Shown here piece after piece: positions 1 to 9,273 of a stretch of 50,472 bases of DNA. A program made the translations under genes and the position numbers. The first letter of the stretch is position 1; each line of letters begins with the position of its first letter. The stretch is from the IMG/VR virus record IMGVR_UViG_3300038406_000147, positions 1-50,472 of that record; one strand, given 5' to 3'. The notes below the pieces were generated by a model, which saw only the letters and a program-made list of their open reading frames with translations, had not been told where the DNA came from and ran no database searches. This stretch comes from a virus (taxonomy: Duplodnaviria > Caudoviricetes).

Positions 1-193
1 CGCCGCGGCACTGATACCCGTCCTGGTTGGCTTACACGATAACTGGAACTGGGAACACATACACATCGTGGTTGAGCGATTCGTGGTCGGCCTCCGCACA
101 GCCCGTAGTCGACACCAGTCCGCCGGCACCCTTACGCGGGACCAGATTGAGGAAATCAAGGTGTGGGCAACGGCTGTAGAAAAGAGCACCCTG
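1..193. repeat. Terminal overlap (copy 1), circular assembly
   Basis: 1-193 is identical to 50280-50472 except A128 vs G50407; it falls inside the RuvC-like gene. Confidence 0.95.
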
Positions 194-382
194 TCCCTAC
201 AATCGGCCGCCGAAGTGAAACCCTGGGCCACGGACGTACGACTGGCCGCAGCCGGCCTGCTAGCGCCCACCAAGGGGATGCAGCACGCCCGGGACGCCGG
301 CCGACACGCCCTGTTCGCGGCCTGCGCGCACTTCCAGCTACCCGACCCACTAAGCAAGCGAGGTCACCGTGGCCAGGCGTGA
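1..382 (+). CDS. RuvC-like Holliday junction resolvase, 3' part (starts at 50170, about 163 aa across the junction)
   Basis: Joined protein MICIIGIDPGPTPG...VVERF...HARDAGRHAL has RNase H-fold acidic motifs (GIDPG, E, HxxDA). Confidence 0.8.
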   Translation, partial: AAALIPVLVGLHDNWNWEHIHIVVERFVVGLRTARSRHQSAGTLTRDQIEEIKVWATAVEKSTLSLQSAAEVKPWATDVRLAAAGLLAPTKGMQHARDAGRHALFAACAHFQLPDPLSKRGHRGQA

Positions 383-548
383 CTACTCGGAGCTGTCCAG
401 GACAACGTTGCGTGTGGACAAGCGGAACACGGACCGGCTGGTCGTTCGAGAGCTGGCCCGCCAGGTGCTGCGCGGCCTGAACGCCGGCGACATCGCCGAG
501 ATTCTCGGCCTGTACGACCCGACCGAGGAGATTGCAGGTGAAACGTGA
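369..548 (+). CDS. hypothetical protein (59 aa, not in ORF track)
   Basis: GTG..TGA, MARRDYSELSRTTLRVDKRN...; overlaps both neighbours. Confidence 0.55.
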   Translation: MARRDYSELSRTTLRVDKRNTDRLVVRELARQVLRGLNAGDIAEILGLYDPTEEIAGET

Positions 549-751
549 GCGATCCGATCAACCACCCGCAGCACTACACCGGCCACCCGAGCGGGATCGA
601 GTGCATCCAGGTGACCGAGCACATGGGATTCAACCTGGGTAACGCCGTCAAGTACATCTGGCGAGCGGATCTGAAAGGTGACGCGATCCAGGACCTTCAC
701 AAGGCTGCCTGGTACGTCCAGCGCGAGATCAACCGGCGGGAGCAAGCATGA
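545..751 (+). CDS. DUF3310-family phage protein
   Basis: DPINHPQHYT...IECI...FNLGNAVKYIWRA motif. Confidence 0.85.
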   Translation: MSDPINHPQHYTGHPSGIECIQVTEHMGFNLGNAVKYIWRADLKGDAIQDLHKAAWYVQREINRREQA

Positions 752-3700
752 AGCCGTTCGCTGACTCCATTGTGGGCTATGTCCAGGCGGGCTGGCCCTG
801 CATCCTGCCCGTGCCGGTGGCCGAGAAGTCGCCGCCACCGTCCGGGTTCACCGGAGCCGGCGGACGCGACACCCAACCTCTCGACCTGGTGAACTGGGCT
901 AAGACCCACGGCGACTGGTCGGTGGCCCTGCGGATGCCGGACGGTGTGGTCGGCATCGACGTAGACCACTACGACAAGGGCTCCGTGAAGAAACGGGGCG
1001 GCGACACCCTGGCCGAGTACGAACAGACGTGGGGGCCACTACCGGACACCTGGAGCTCGACCGCGCGCTGGTCTGCCGGGCACGTCCTGGACACCCCGAG
1101 CCGGATCATGTTCTTCCGGGTACCGGCCGGCCGGTACGCCACCTTGCTCGGGGAGGCCATCGAGATTATCCAACGTCATCACCGGTACGCCGTGGTGGCG
1201 CCCTCGATCCACCAGAAGGTCGAACAAGCGTACATGTGGTTCGGTCCCGATGGTTGCGCAACCACCGACGTGCCGAAGCCCACCGAGTTGCCAGAGCTGC
1301 CGCAGCGGTGGGTGGAGGGACTGCGGGAGGGCGCCACGCAGGCCGGGCCGGCCGCAGCCGGGGAGAGCCAGGGACAGAGCATGCTGGCGGGCCTGAGCGC
1401 CAACCAGGCGCCGGCGTGCGCCGAGGTTGCCAACGCCCTGACCCGGGCCATGGAGCTGGTCTCGGCCTCGTCCTCGGGCACCCGGCACGACACCTGCACC
1501 GAGCGGGTCCACCACCTGGTGCAGATGGGTGCCGCCGGTCACCCCGGGGTCACTGACGCGCTCCTACGCCTGCGGGGGGTGTGGGAAGCGCTAACCGCCG
1601 GGGAGGGCCGCGAAGGCGAGTTCGACCGGATGGCGCTGACCTCGGCGCGCAAGGCGGTCACCAAGATCGGCCGAAACACCCCGGTCCCTCACCACCCGTG
1701 CTTAACCGGCGGCGAGCTGTGGAACCCGCCCGCGCCGGCTGGCCCGGACGACCCGGCCGTGACCCCGGTACCGGCCGCCGCCCCGCGGTGGTGGTCACCG
1801 CGCGAGATCATCGGCACGCACCTGTTCGACCCGCGGGCAGACCTCGATCAGGGCCTGGCGGCCGAGGTGCTCCGGCGGATGTGGCCGGTGCTGCGCTACG
1901 CCGCGGACGCCCGGACCTGGCTGCTGCGCGGCCCGGACCGGTGGGAGTCCCGCGGCGATCTGACCCGCTGGGCTGTGCACGAGCTGGCCGAGCTGATGCC
2001 CCGGGGCAACCCGGAGGCCGAGAAGGGTTCGGATGAGCTGGCCCGAGCAGTGCGGCGCAGACGGCTGATGATGACCCCTGGGCGCAACGCCGTGGGCCAG
2101 AGCATGGCCGCCGCAGTCGCCGCCGGCACGCACCCGTGCAGCCTGCGCCTGACCGACCTGGACAGCGAGCCGCACCTGCTGTGGGCCGGCGGGATGCCCT
2201 ACGACCTACGGGCCAGCGCTGACCGGCCTGTGGTGGCCGCGGTGGACCCGAACACCCCGCACCTGCACTCGGCAGCGTGCGCCCCGGCTGAGGTGCCCAC
2301 GCCACTATGGGACGCCTTCCTGGTAGCGGTCTGGCCGGACCCCGAAGTGCGGGCGTGGGCACTGCGGGTGCTCTCGATCACGTTCACCGGGATACCGGAC
2401 GCCGCGCTCCCGATCCTGCTCGGGGACCCGCGCCGGGGTAAGACTCAGGCGGTCCACCTGTTGATGTCGGTGTTGGGCTCGTACGCGCTGGCCGCCGACC
2501 CGCGGCTGCTGGGAGGCGGGGACAACTCTCACGCCTCCATCGTGTTCGCCCTGAAGGGCTGCCGGCTGGCGTTCGTGGACGAGGGACCGCGGGAGAGCCG
2601 ATGGGCGCAGGAGCGACTGAAGCAGCTCACCGGCGGCGGCCAGCTCACCGGCAACGCCATGCGCCAGGACCCGGTGACGTTCGGCCCGACCCACACGCTG
2701 GTGCTGACCGCCAACGACGAGCCCCCGCTGACCGACCCAGCGGTGCGCGCCCGGGTTCGGCTACTGCCCTGCGATGGGGAAGAGGACACGGTACGCGCAG
2801 CCCGCGCCACGATCGGAGAGCTCAGCGGGGCGCGGTGGCAGGCCGAGGCGCCGGGCGTGCTGGCTCAGATGATCCGTGAAGCCGCCCGCTGGTTGGCCGA
2901 CCGGAATTCCGCCCTGAGCGCGAACGCGCCGATAGGGCTGATGGGCCGGGCCGAGGTGATCGCCGCCGCACAAAACACTGTGCTCCAGTGGTTTGCCGAC
3001 ACCTGCGCCCCGTACGAGCCGGGAACCCGCTCGAGTCAACTACACATCAACTACGTGGAGTGGTGCCGAAACCACGGAGTTAAGCCCGCCGACCAGCTGA
3101 GCCTGCCGAAGTGGGCCAAAGAGATGGACCGCCTGGGCTACCCGGTGGACGAAAGGCGGGACGCGAACTACCGAGGCTTGCGAATCGTGCCGGGCGAGGT
3201 GACCGCGTTCCCGCAGTCACTGCCCGTCACCACACCGCCTGTGGAGGGTCCGCCCGCCTCCGGAGGAGGGTCTGTGGGGACTTTTTCGGCCGACCCTCCA
3301 CACCCCGAAATCCCAGGTCAGACGGTACTTTCTGATAGTAGTGTGGAGGGAGAGGAGAGTCTACTACGTTCTATAAACACAACAACACACACACAAGATC
3401 ATATAGCAAATGATCATGCAATATCCGAGATTTCCCGGGAAAGGGGAGTAGGTACCCTCCGCCAAGCAAAAACCGGGAAAAATGTCGGGCCTGACCTGCG
3501 GAAAGTCCCGAGGAGGGTTGGGTCTCCGCAACCCCCCACACCTCCGCAGCCCGGCCTGAAGGCCGATCCCGGCTCGGGGCGGTTCACGAAGGCCGCCGCC
3601 AAGGCCGCCGCCAAGATCGAAGCCCGGATCGAGGCCGCCGGCCCGATCTACCAGCTGCCGGCCGCCGTCGACCGCGCCGGCACCGTCGTCCCGCTGAGCC

Positions 3701-5463
3701 TGGAGCGGGCCGCCGCTGTGATCCGCGCCGCCACGGCCCGGACCGGCGCGTTGACAGTGGACGTCGAGCACACTGGGTACGCCGTTGGCCACGCCGACTA
3801 CGCGCTGCGGACCGTGCAGCTCGGCGGCGAGGACCTCACGGTGGTGCTGGACGCCGCCGACCCAGCGCACCGAGAGGTGGGGCAGGTCGCCCTGGCCGCC
3901 GCCGCCAAGCTGCACGCCCACTCGGCCACCGCCGATCTGGTGCCGCTGGTGGCCGCCGGCTGGCTCGACGAGTCGGCCTGGGACCGGATGTACGACACGG
4001 TGATCCCGGCCAAGCTGGCTGACCCGTCCTCGACCGGCAGTGACCCGGCGCTGAAGCAGCTCTCCGGCGCGGTACTGGGTGAGGTTGCCACCGCGCCGGG
4101 CGCCGACGAAGCGCGGGCCAGGCTGTTCAAGGTCAACGGCTGGCTGACCGACACCAAGATCACCACACCGGTTGAGAAGTCCGGCTGGGCGCAGGTCGAC
4201 CACACCTGCGAGACCATGATCCGCTACGACGGCAGCGACGTGCTGGATACCGCCGCCCTGGCCGTCCGGTTGCCGTGGCCGGCTGCGGACCTGCTGGAGC
4301 GCGAGCGGGCGGTGCAGCGGATCACGGCCCGGGTGACCCACCGCGGTCTGCGCATCGACCGGGACCGGGTGACCGAGCTGGAAGCCGAGCACCAGCCCGC
4401 CAAGCAGGTCGCCGCCGAGCGTGTCCAGGCGCTCGGTATCGAGAATCCCGGTAGTGATCGCCAGCTCGCCGACTGTCTCACCGCACTCAAAGTGGAGCTA
4501 CCCAGGACAAAACCGTCCAAGAAGTTCCCTGAGGGGCAGCCGAGTGTGGCGGCCGGCGTCCTGGAGGGCCTCCGTCCGCCCGCCCAGGAGGCGCAGGAGC
4601 TGATTTCAGCCGTCCTGGACTACCGGCACCACGAGACGGTCCTGTCGACGTTCCTGGAGCCGTACAGGGTGCTTTGCGAGCGCGGAGACGGCCGGGCCAG
4701 GCCCACGATCTACACCCTTGGTGCCGATACCGGACGTATGTCCTGTGTTCGCCCTAATTTCCAGAATCTGCCGCGGGAAGGCGGCGTTCGCTCGTGCATC
4801 ACCGCCGATGAGGCGTGGATGTTGGTATCGGCCGACTTCGCCGGGGTCGAGATCCGGGTCATGGCCGCGCTCAGCCAGGACCCGAACCTGATGAAGATCC
4901 TCGCCGAGGGTGCCGACCTGCATTCGATCGTGGCCGCCCAGGCGTTCGGTCCGGAGTTCACCAAGGCGGACCGGTACGCCACCAAGCGCGGCGTCTTCGG
5001 GTGGGCCTACGGCGGGTCCGTGCCGGTGCTGGCCCGCCAGGTCGGGGTCTCTGAGTCGATCATGGCTGCGATCGTGGACTCGCTGGGTCTGGTCGCACCG
5101 ACGTACGTGGCCTGGACCAACGAGATCAAGGCGCAGGTCCGTTCCGGTGCCACTCAGATGCCTACCTACGCCGGCCGGGTCATCCACCTGCATCGACAGC
5201 ACCCGCACAAGGCGCCGAACTACTCGATCCAGGGCACCGCCCGGGAGTTGCTGGTCGATGCCCTGATCAAGTGGGACACCACCGAGTACGGCCGCGGCGG
5301 AGTGGTGGTTCCGATCCATGACGAGATCCTGGCGGTCGTACCGGCCGAGGTAGCCGCCGAGGCGACCAAGGCACTGGTCGATTGTATGACCACGCAACTG
5401 TACGGAGTAGCCATCACCGCGCAGGCCAGTGAGCCCAGCTTCGCCTGGCAGGACGCGGTGTGA
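748..5463 (+). CDS. Primase-polymerase / SF3 (D5-like) helicase / family A DNA polymerase fusion
   Basis: N-terminal prim-pol (VVGIDVD, YAVVAPSIH); Walker A GDPRRGKT and Walker B FVDE; exonuclease motifs TVDVEHTG and YDGSDV; PolA motifs A ADFAGVEIRVMA, B RYATKRGVFGWAYG, C IHDEI. Confidence 0.9.
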   Translation: MKPFADSIVGYVQAGWPCILPVPVAEKSPPPSGFTGAGGRDTQPLDLVNWAKTHGDWSVALRMPDGVVGIDVDHYDKGSVKKRGGDTLAEYEQTWGPLPDTWSSTARWSAGHVLDTPSRIMFFRVPAGRYATLLGEAIEIIQRHHRYAVVAPSIHQKVEQAYMWFGPDGCATTDVPKPTELPELPQRWVEGLREGATQAGPAAAGESQGQSMLAGLSANQAPACAEVANALTRAMELVSASSSGTRHDTCTERVHHLVQMGAAGHPGVTDALLRLRGVWEALTAGEGREGEFDRMALTSARKAVTKIGRNTPVPHHPCLTGGELWNPPAPAGPDDPAVTPVPAAAPRWWSPREIIGTHLFDPRADLDQGLAAEVLRRMWPVLRYAADARTWLLRGPDRWESRGDLTRWAVHELAELMPRGNPEAEKGSDELARAVRRRRLMMTPGRNAVGQSMAAAVAAGTHPCSLRLTDLDSEPHLLWAGGMPYDLRASADRPVVAAVDPNTPHLHSAACAPAEVPTPLWDAFLVAVWPDPEVRAWALRVLSITFTGIPDAALPILLGDPRRGKTQAVHLLMSVLGSYALAADPRLLGGGDNSHASIVFALKGCRLAFVDEGPRESRWAQERLKQLTGGGQLTGNAMRQDPVTFGPTHTLVLTANDEPPLTDPAVRARVRLLPCDGEEDTVRAARATIGELSGARWQAEAPGVLAQMIREAARWLADRNSALSANAPIGLMGRAEVIAAAQNTVLQWFADTCAPYEPGTRSSQLHINYVEWCRNHGVKPADQLSLPKWAKEMDRLGYPVDERRDANYRGLRIVPGEVTAFPQSLPVTTPPVEGPPASGGGSVGTFSADPPHPEIPGQTVLSDSSVEGEESLLRSINTTTHTQDHIANDHAISEISRERGVGTLRQAKTGKNVGPDLRKVPRRVGSPQPPTPPQPGLKADPGSGRFTKAAAKAAAKIEARIEAAGPIYQLPAAVDRAGTVVPLSLERAAAVIRAATARTGALTVDVEHTGYAVGHADYALRTVQLGGEDLTVVLDAADPAHREVGQVALAAAAKLHAHSATADLVPLVAAGWLDESAWDRMYDTVIPAKLADPSSTGSDPALKQLSGAVLGEVATAPGADEARARLFKVNGWLTDTKITTPVEKSGWAQVDHTCETMIRYDGSDVLDTAALAVRLPWPAADLLERERAVQRITARVTHRGLRIDRDRVTELEAEHQPAKQVAAERVQALGIENPGSDRQLADCLTALKVELPRTKPSKKFPEGQPSVAAGVLEGLRPPAQEAQELISAVLDYRHHETVLSTFLEPYRVLCERGDGRARPTIYTLGADTGRMSCVRPNFQNLPREGGVRSCITADEAWMLVSADFAGVEIRVMAALSQDPNLMKILAEGADLHSIVAAQAFGPEFTKADRYATKRGVFGWAYGGSVPVLARQVGVSESIMAAIVDSLGLVAPTYVAWTNEIKAQVRSGATQMPTYAGRVIHLHRQHPHKAPNYSIQGTARELLVDALIKWDTTEYGRGGVVVPIHDEILAVVPAEVAAEATKALVDCMTTQLYGVAITAQASEPSFAWQDAV
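3240..3520. other. Candidate replication origin inside the helicase-polymerase linker
   Basis: AT/AC-rich tract at about 3360-3425 flanked by GGAGGG(T/A) motifs in both orientations (3243, 3265, 3293rc, 3345, 3454rc, 3512). Confidence 0.4.
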
Positions 5464-5482
5464 GGAGAAAGGACACAACAGA

Positions 5483-5569
5483 ATGGGACGTTATCGTTTT
5501 CCGATGTGGATCATCTTCCTGGGTATCGGTGTCGCGCTCGGGCTGTTCGCGAGCCGGGGTGGTCGGTGA
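5483..5569 (+). CDS. small membrane peptide (28 aa)
   Basis: MGRYRFPMWIIFLGIGVALGLFASRGGR; RBS upstream; TGATG coupling to the next gene. Confidence 0.5.
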   Translation: MGRYRFPMWIIFLGIGVALGLFASRGGR

Positions 5570-5760
5570 TGGCCGACGCTGACCGCTTCACCTGCGTAGA
5601 AGACGGTTGTGGCCGCGGTTGCTACACCGGGCACGCGCTCTACCGCGTGTCGCCCAAGGGTGAGCTGTTCCAAGGCAAGTGTGAGGAGCACTACCAGGGG
5701 CCTGTCGATCCGATCGCGCAGGCCATCGAGCGGCGGAATCTGGATGGAGGTGGTCGGTGA
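5569..5760 (+). CDS. hypothetical Cys-rich protein
   Basis: ATG coupled to the previous stop; CxxxxC/CxxH. Confidence 0.6.
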   Translation: MADADRFTCVEDGCGRGCYTGHALYRVSPKGELFQGKCEEHYQGPVDPIAQAIERRNLDGGGR

Positions 5761-5999
5761 TGCTGGAGCCGCCCCGCCAGGCGTGCGCGAACCCGCACGT
5801 CGGCCCGCACAACCGCTGCCGGCATCCGGCCCCGCCGCCGAGGGGGTACAAGGCGTGCCTGGGTGACCCCGGCTGCGCGGTCCGGGTGCCGGTCGCCTTC
5901 CGTGGCAACTTCTGCGCCTACCACGACGACGAGGTCGCGATCCGGTTGCACACTGTCCACGATAGATACCGCAAGCTGATGGTAGGGGAAGAGGTCTAG
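5757..5999 (+). CDS. hypothetical Cys/His-rich protein
   Basis: coupled ORF in the + operon. Confidence 0.6.
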   Translation: MMLEPPRQACANPHVGPHNRCRHPAPPPRGYKACLGDPGCAVRVPVAFRGNFCAYHDDEVAIRLHTVHDRYRKLMVGEEV

Positions 6000-6299
6000 A
6001 TGGACAGCCAAACACTCGATCTGGAGGCCGTGCGTGCCCGGCATACCCGCTACGACGTTCTGTGGGACGCGGTAAACGGCATTACCGGGGTGGCTGTCGT
6101 AGCTGCCGGCCGTTCCGCCGACGACGTGCCCGCGCTGCTGGCCGAGATCACCCGGCTGGGTGTCGAACAGGACGCCGCTTCGGTGCGTGGGCATTGCCCA
6201 GGTTGTGACTGCCCCGATGTCCCCTACCTCGGCCCACCACCGACGGGGCGTCTGGTGATCGAAGTGCCAAGCATCAGAGAGGAGAAAGGGCATGGCTGA
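6000..6299 (+). CDS. hypothetical protein
   Basis: coupled ORF; DVPALLAEITRL segment typical of small actinophage proteins. Confidence 0.6.
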   Translation: MDSQTLDLEAVRARHTRYDVLWDAVNGITGVAVVAAGRSADDVPALLAEITRLGVEQDAASVRGHCPGCDCPDVPYLGPPPTGRLVIEVPSIREEKGHG

Positions 6300-6576
6300 G
6301 GAGATCACGCTGCACGTTGACCTGCCCGAGGTCGTCGAAACGCCTGTCGACACCATGGTCAGTTGTGGACCTACGGCCGCCTATGTCTACGAGCACGGCA
6401 CGCAAGGCAACGACGCATGGGCAGTGTGGACGTATCGTGGTGGGAGCGTGGTTGCCGGCGGCACGAACGGTTATTCGCGCGAGCGGGCGCTTACGGACGC
6501 CTGCGCTTACGTGCGTCGCCAAGAACGGCGCAGGCTGATGTACGAACAGCTCAATCAGGTGTTGGAGGGCAGGTGA
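6292..6576 (+). CDS. hypothetical protein
   Basis: RBS, overlapping start. Confidence 0.6.
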   Translation: MAEEITLHVDLPEVVETPVDTMVSCGPTAAYVYEHGTQGNDAWAVWTYRGGSVVAGGTNGYSRERALTDACAYVRRQERRRLMYEQLNQVLEGR

Positions 6577-6652
6577 AGGCGATCGAGGTGATCGGATGGG
6601 TGCTGTTGCTCGGCCCATTCGCGTGGATCATATGGAGATATGGGGGAAGACG

Positions 6653-6853
6653 ATGATTCCAATGTGGATAAAATCAGCCATGGTGATCGCGGTCGGCGCG
6701 ACGCCGTTCCTCGCGTGGGCCACGTACCAGATGTGGGTGCAGGATGGCTGGCGGGGGGTTGTGGAATTCTGGGGGCTACTCCTGGGTCTGATCACCTGGG
6801 TCGGTGTTGTTGTCTGGGTGGGGTGGGCACTGTTCGGGGAGACGAGCGCATGA
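6653..6853 (+). CDS. two-TM membrane protein
   Basis: two hydrophobic segments; ATGA overlaps. Confidence 0.6.
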   Translation: MIPMWIKSAMVIAVGATPFLAWATYQMWVQDGWRGVVEFWGLLLGLITWVGVVVWVGWALFGETSA

Positions 6854-7380
6854 TCTTCACGCCTACCGACCGGCGGCCGGGTGAGCGGCTGACCGTGGAC
6901 CTGCTGACGCAGCTCGCCGACGACGTGCGTCAGCTGACCGAGCCCTGGAGCAGGTCAGTCTGGAAAGAGCGGGTCTACTGGACGGCCAGCCGCAACCGGC
7001 GCCGGCATCGCTGGATGGTCACCCTCTGGTACCCGCCGCTGCTGATGCAGCTGGCCGCGGCCGTGCACCCGGGCGGGCGCCCGATGCGGCCCGGCCCGGT
7101 CCCGCCCCGGGTGTTGGCCTCGCGGGTGCCGATCGCGGTCGACGCCTGTGACCGCCTGGTCGCGATCGAGCGGGGTATCGCCGGCTGGATGGTCGAGCTG
7201 GAGATGCCCTTCGCCGGCGGCCGGGCGGCCGGCCTGCGGGCGCTGGTCGGCGCCGCCGCTGCGATCGATCGTGGGCAGGGAGAGAAGCTGGTGGCCGACG
7301 TGCGCCAGTGGTTCATCTGGGCCGCGAAGCAGGCCGGCCACAACCCGCTGGAGCTGATCGACGAGAGAGGCGGATCATGA
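6850..7380 (+). CDS. conserved actinophage hypothetical protein
   Basis: ATGA overlap at 6850; PPLLMQL...SRVPIAVDA segment. Confidence 0.65.
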   Translation: MIFTPTDRRPGERLTVDLLTQLADDVRQLTEPWSRSVWKERVYWTASRNRRRHRWMVTLWYPPLLMQLAAAVHPGGRPMRPGPVPPRVLASRVPIAVDACDRLVAIERGIAGWMVELEMPFAGGRAAGLRALVGAAAAIDRGQGEKLVADVRQWFIWAAKQAGHNPLELIDERGGS

Positions 7381-7643
7381 GTATCGAAGTCGTTGAGTAC
7401 GCCTGGCGCTGCGTTTGCGGCGCATTGAACGACCTGAAGCCGGGCAAGGACCCTCAGGTCTGTGGGGGGTGCCGTTTCGACGTGCCCGCAGAGCGGTTCG
7501 AGAAGGTCTACTCGTTGTACGACCTCGCCGATTACCCGCAGAAGTGGATAGTCGGGGTGGCCGGGGACAACACACAGGAGCTGATCAACATCACGCAGCG
7601 CGCCAGATCCGCTATTCGTCGCGCGCTTGGAGGCGGATCATGA
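7377..7643 (+). CDS. hypothetical zinc-ribbon protein
   Basis: CxCG...CxxC; ATGA overlap. Confidence 0.6.
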   Translation: MSIEVVEYAWRCVCGALNDLKPGKDPQVCGGCRFDVPAERFEKVYSLYDLADYPQKWIVGVAGDNTQELINITQRARSAIRRALGGGS

Positions 7644-7906
7644 GTAAGACTGACGAACCGGTGTGGGATCAGAGCTGGCCGGCTTTTTTCGAGTGGCGCA
7701 GGTTGTTGCGCAAGCCGCTAGCAGGGCGGCTGGAGGTCGGGCGCCTGGCGTACGAGGCGTTCCTGTGCAGGTCAGAGACGTACTTGTCGCGCCCTGGTGG
7801 GTACGCATTCTGGGGCATTCCGATCGTTATCCGGGGCGGCTTCCCTCCGGAGTACTGGCGGCTGTTGGATACCGAGGACAACGTGATGAAAGAGGGGTCG
7901 GTATGA
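7640..7906 (+). CDS. hypothetical protein
   Basis: GGAGG RBS, ATGA overlap. Confidence 0.6.
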   Translation: MSKTDEPVWDQSWPAFFEWRRLLRKPLAGRLEVGRLAYEAFLCRSETYLSRPGGYAFWGIPIVIRGGFPPEYWRLLDTEDNVMKEGSV

Positions 7907-8127
7907 GTGAGTTCTACTGTTCAATGCCTATAGCCATGGGCGAGCTGCTGTGCGACCAGGCTGCGCTTTACCTGGTAGAGGGTACTGCGATGTGCCGGAA
8001 CCACGCGCGCGGGGCCAACCAGCAGCGGCGGGAGCGCGAGACGCGGTATGTAGTGACGGGGACTTTCAAGAAGCCGGTCAAGCCCACTGCACGTAGGTCG
8101 GTTTACGGGGGAGGCGGCAAGCCGTGA
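7903..8127 (+). CDS. hypothetical protein
   Basis: ATGA overlap. Confidence 0.55.
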   Translation: MSEFYCSMPIAMGELLCDQAALYLVEGTAMCRNHARGANQQRRERETRYVVTGTFKKPVKPTARRSVYGGGGKP

Positions 8128-8504
8128 GCACTGAAGCTCAGGTTGATTTCCTACGAGCGCGGTTGGACGAAGACGACGCGGTGATCCAACGCAACCGCGG
8201 TCAGCACGGTGTTAGTGACGGCGGCAGTTTCCCGGATTACCGCACCTACGACACTCCCGACGCCGCTGCCGCGGACGACTACCTGCGCCACTTCCGGCCG
8301 CCCCGACTGCTCGCCCAGGTCGAAGCCGCGCGACTGATTTTGAACTTGCACCGACCGGACGACCCGGTTGCCGGCGATCCTATCTGCACCGTGTGTCTTT
8401 ACACCCCGCCGTGTGAAACTCTACGCGCCCTGACTGCCGTGTACGCCGCCCACCCTGACTACCGGCCGGAGTGGCGAGCGGAAGGGGCAAGCCGTGACGG
8501 CTGA
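8124..8504 (+). CDS. DUF6221-like protein
   Basis: FLRARLDED...PPRLLAQVEA...PCETLRAL...YAAHPDYRPEW. Confidence 0.75.
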   Translation: MSTEAQVDFLRARLDEDDAVIQRNRGQHGVSDGGSFPDYRTYDTPDAAAADDYLRHFRPPRLLAQVEAARLILNLHRPDDPVAGDPICTVCLYTPPCETLRALTAVYAAHPDYRPEWRAEGASRDG

Positions 8505-8736
8505 AACCCAATGTGGGATGTGCTGGAGACGGGACAATCTGACCGAGGCTCAGCGTGCGGACCCGCGCAACATGATCACCGAGACCATGCCACTGTGCGA
8601 CGAGCACCAGGCGTTCCTGGAGGGCGTGTGCGATTGGGTGAAGGCGTTCAACAAGGCGTATGCACTGCCGGCTCTAGCCGAGTGGCAGCGTCGGTACCTG
8701 AAGGCTAGCTTCCGAAACATCAATGAGAGTCAATAG
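8494..8736 (+). CDS. hypothetical protein
   Basis: last ORF of the + operon; CxxC/CxxH. Confidence 0.55.
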   Translation: MTAETQCGMCWRRDNLTEAQRADPRNMITETMPLCDEHQAFLEGVCDWVKAFNKAYALPALAEWQRRYLKASFRNINESQ

Positions 8737-8754
8737 CTTGTTTCGACGTCTGTC

Positions 8755-8840
8755 TTATCAGATCTGATACTGCGTAGTGGATCTTAGGCGCTACCCGCAC
8801 CGGTCCAGAGATGTGCGCTGGCGGGGGTCACCCCCCACTT
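8755..8840 (-). other. Candidate cos/genome end region
   Basis: Non-coding; minus strand reads GGGGGGTGACCCCC...GGAC CGGTGCGGGTA GCGCCT..GATC..TACG, reminiscent of actinophage cos contexts; palindrome TATCAGATCTGATA nearby. Confidence 0.3.
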
Positions 8841-8916
8841 GAAGATAGACGTGTGTTGATGTGGTGCGAGGTGAGAGTGATGATCATAGATAGAGACGTG
8901 CATGAGCACGTGATGA

Positions 8917-9165
8917 TCATCGATGAAGTAGATGATCTACTGCGCTGGTGGAGCGGTTGATCTTGGCAGCGTAGGCAGCTATGGTCAGGCCTTGCTCGTG
9001 CACAGCTTGGCGGGCGGCATCGCTGCGTACGGCGCGTAGCGTGGACATGCAACTGGCCATGAGCTCGCACACGAGCGCGTCGCGTGCGGCTGGCTCCGTG
9101 GTCCTGGACAGGCGCGTAAGCGTGTCTCGCAGTGCTAGTACCTGACCCCGTACGTTGCTGTCCAT
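8917..9165 (-). CDS. putative HTH DNA-binding protein
   Basis: C-terminal GLTIAAYAAKINRSTSAVDHLL is helix-turn-helix-like; leaderless promoter (TAGGGT-6nt-ATG). Confidence 0.6.
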   Translation of the reverse strand: MDSNVRGQVLALRDTLTRLSRTTEPAARDALVCELMASCMSTLRAVRSDAARQAVHEQGLTIAAYAAKINRSTSAVDHLLHR

Positions 9166-9273
9166 GCTGCCACCCTAGCAAGATCAACCCTAGGGAACCA
9201 TCCTTGTGTGAGATACGTCACAAACCCATGATCATAGTGGACGCTGGCCCCTAGGGAGGGCTAGGCTTAAGGC
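9166..9273. promoter_or_regulatory. Divergent leaderless promoters with CCCTAGGG palindromes
   Basis: + strand TGGACG(9238)-N18-TAGGCT(9262)-6nt-ATG(9274); - strand TGC-TAGGGT-6nt-ATG(9165); CCCTAGGG at 9188 and 9249. Confidence 0.6.

Noticed and set aside
1-193. Biological direct terminal repeat
   Set aside because: It falls mid-gene, which fits an assembly overlap better.
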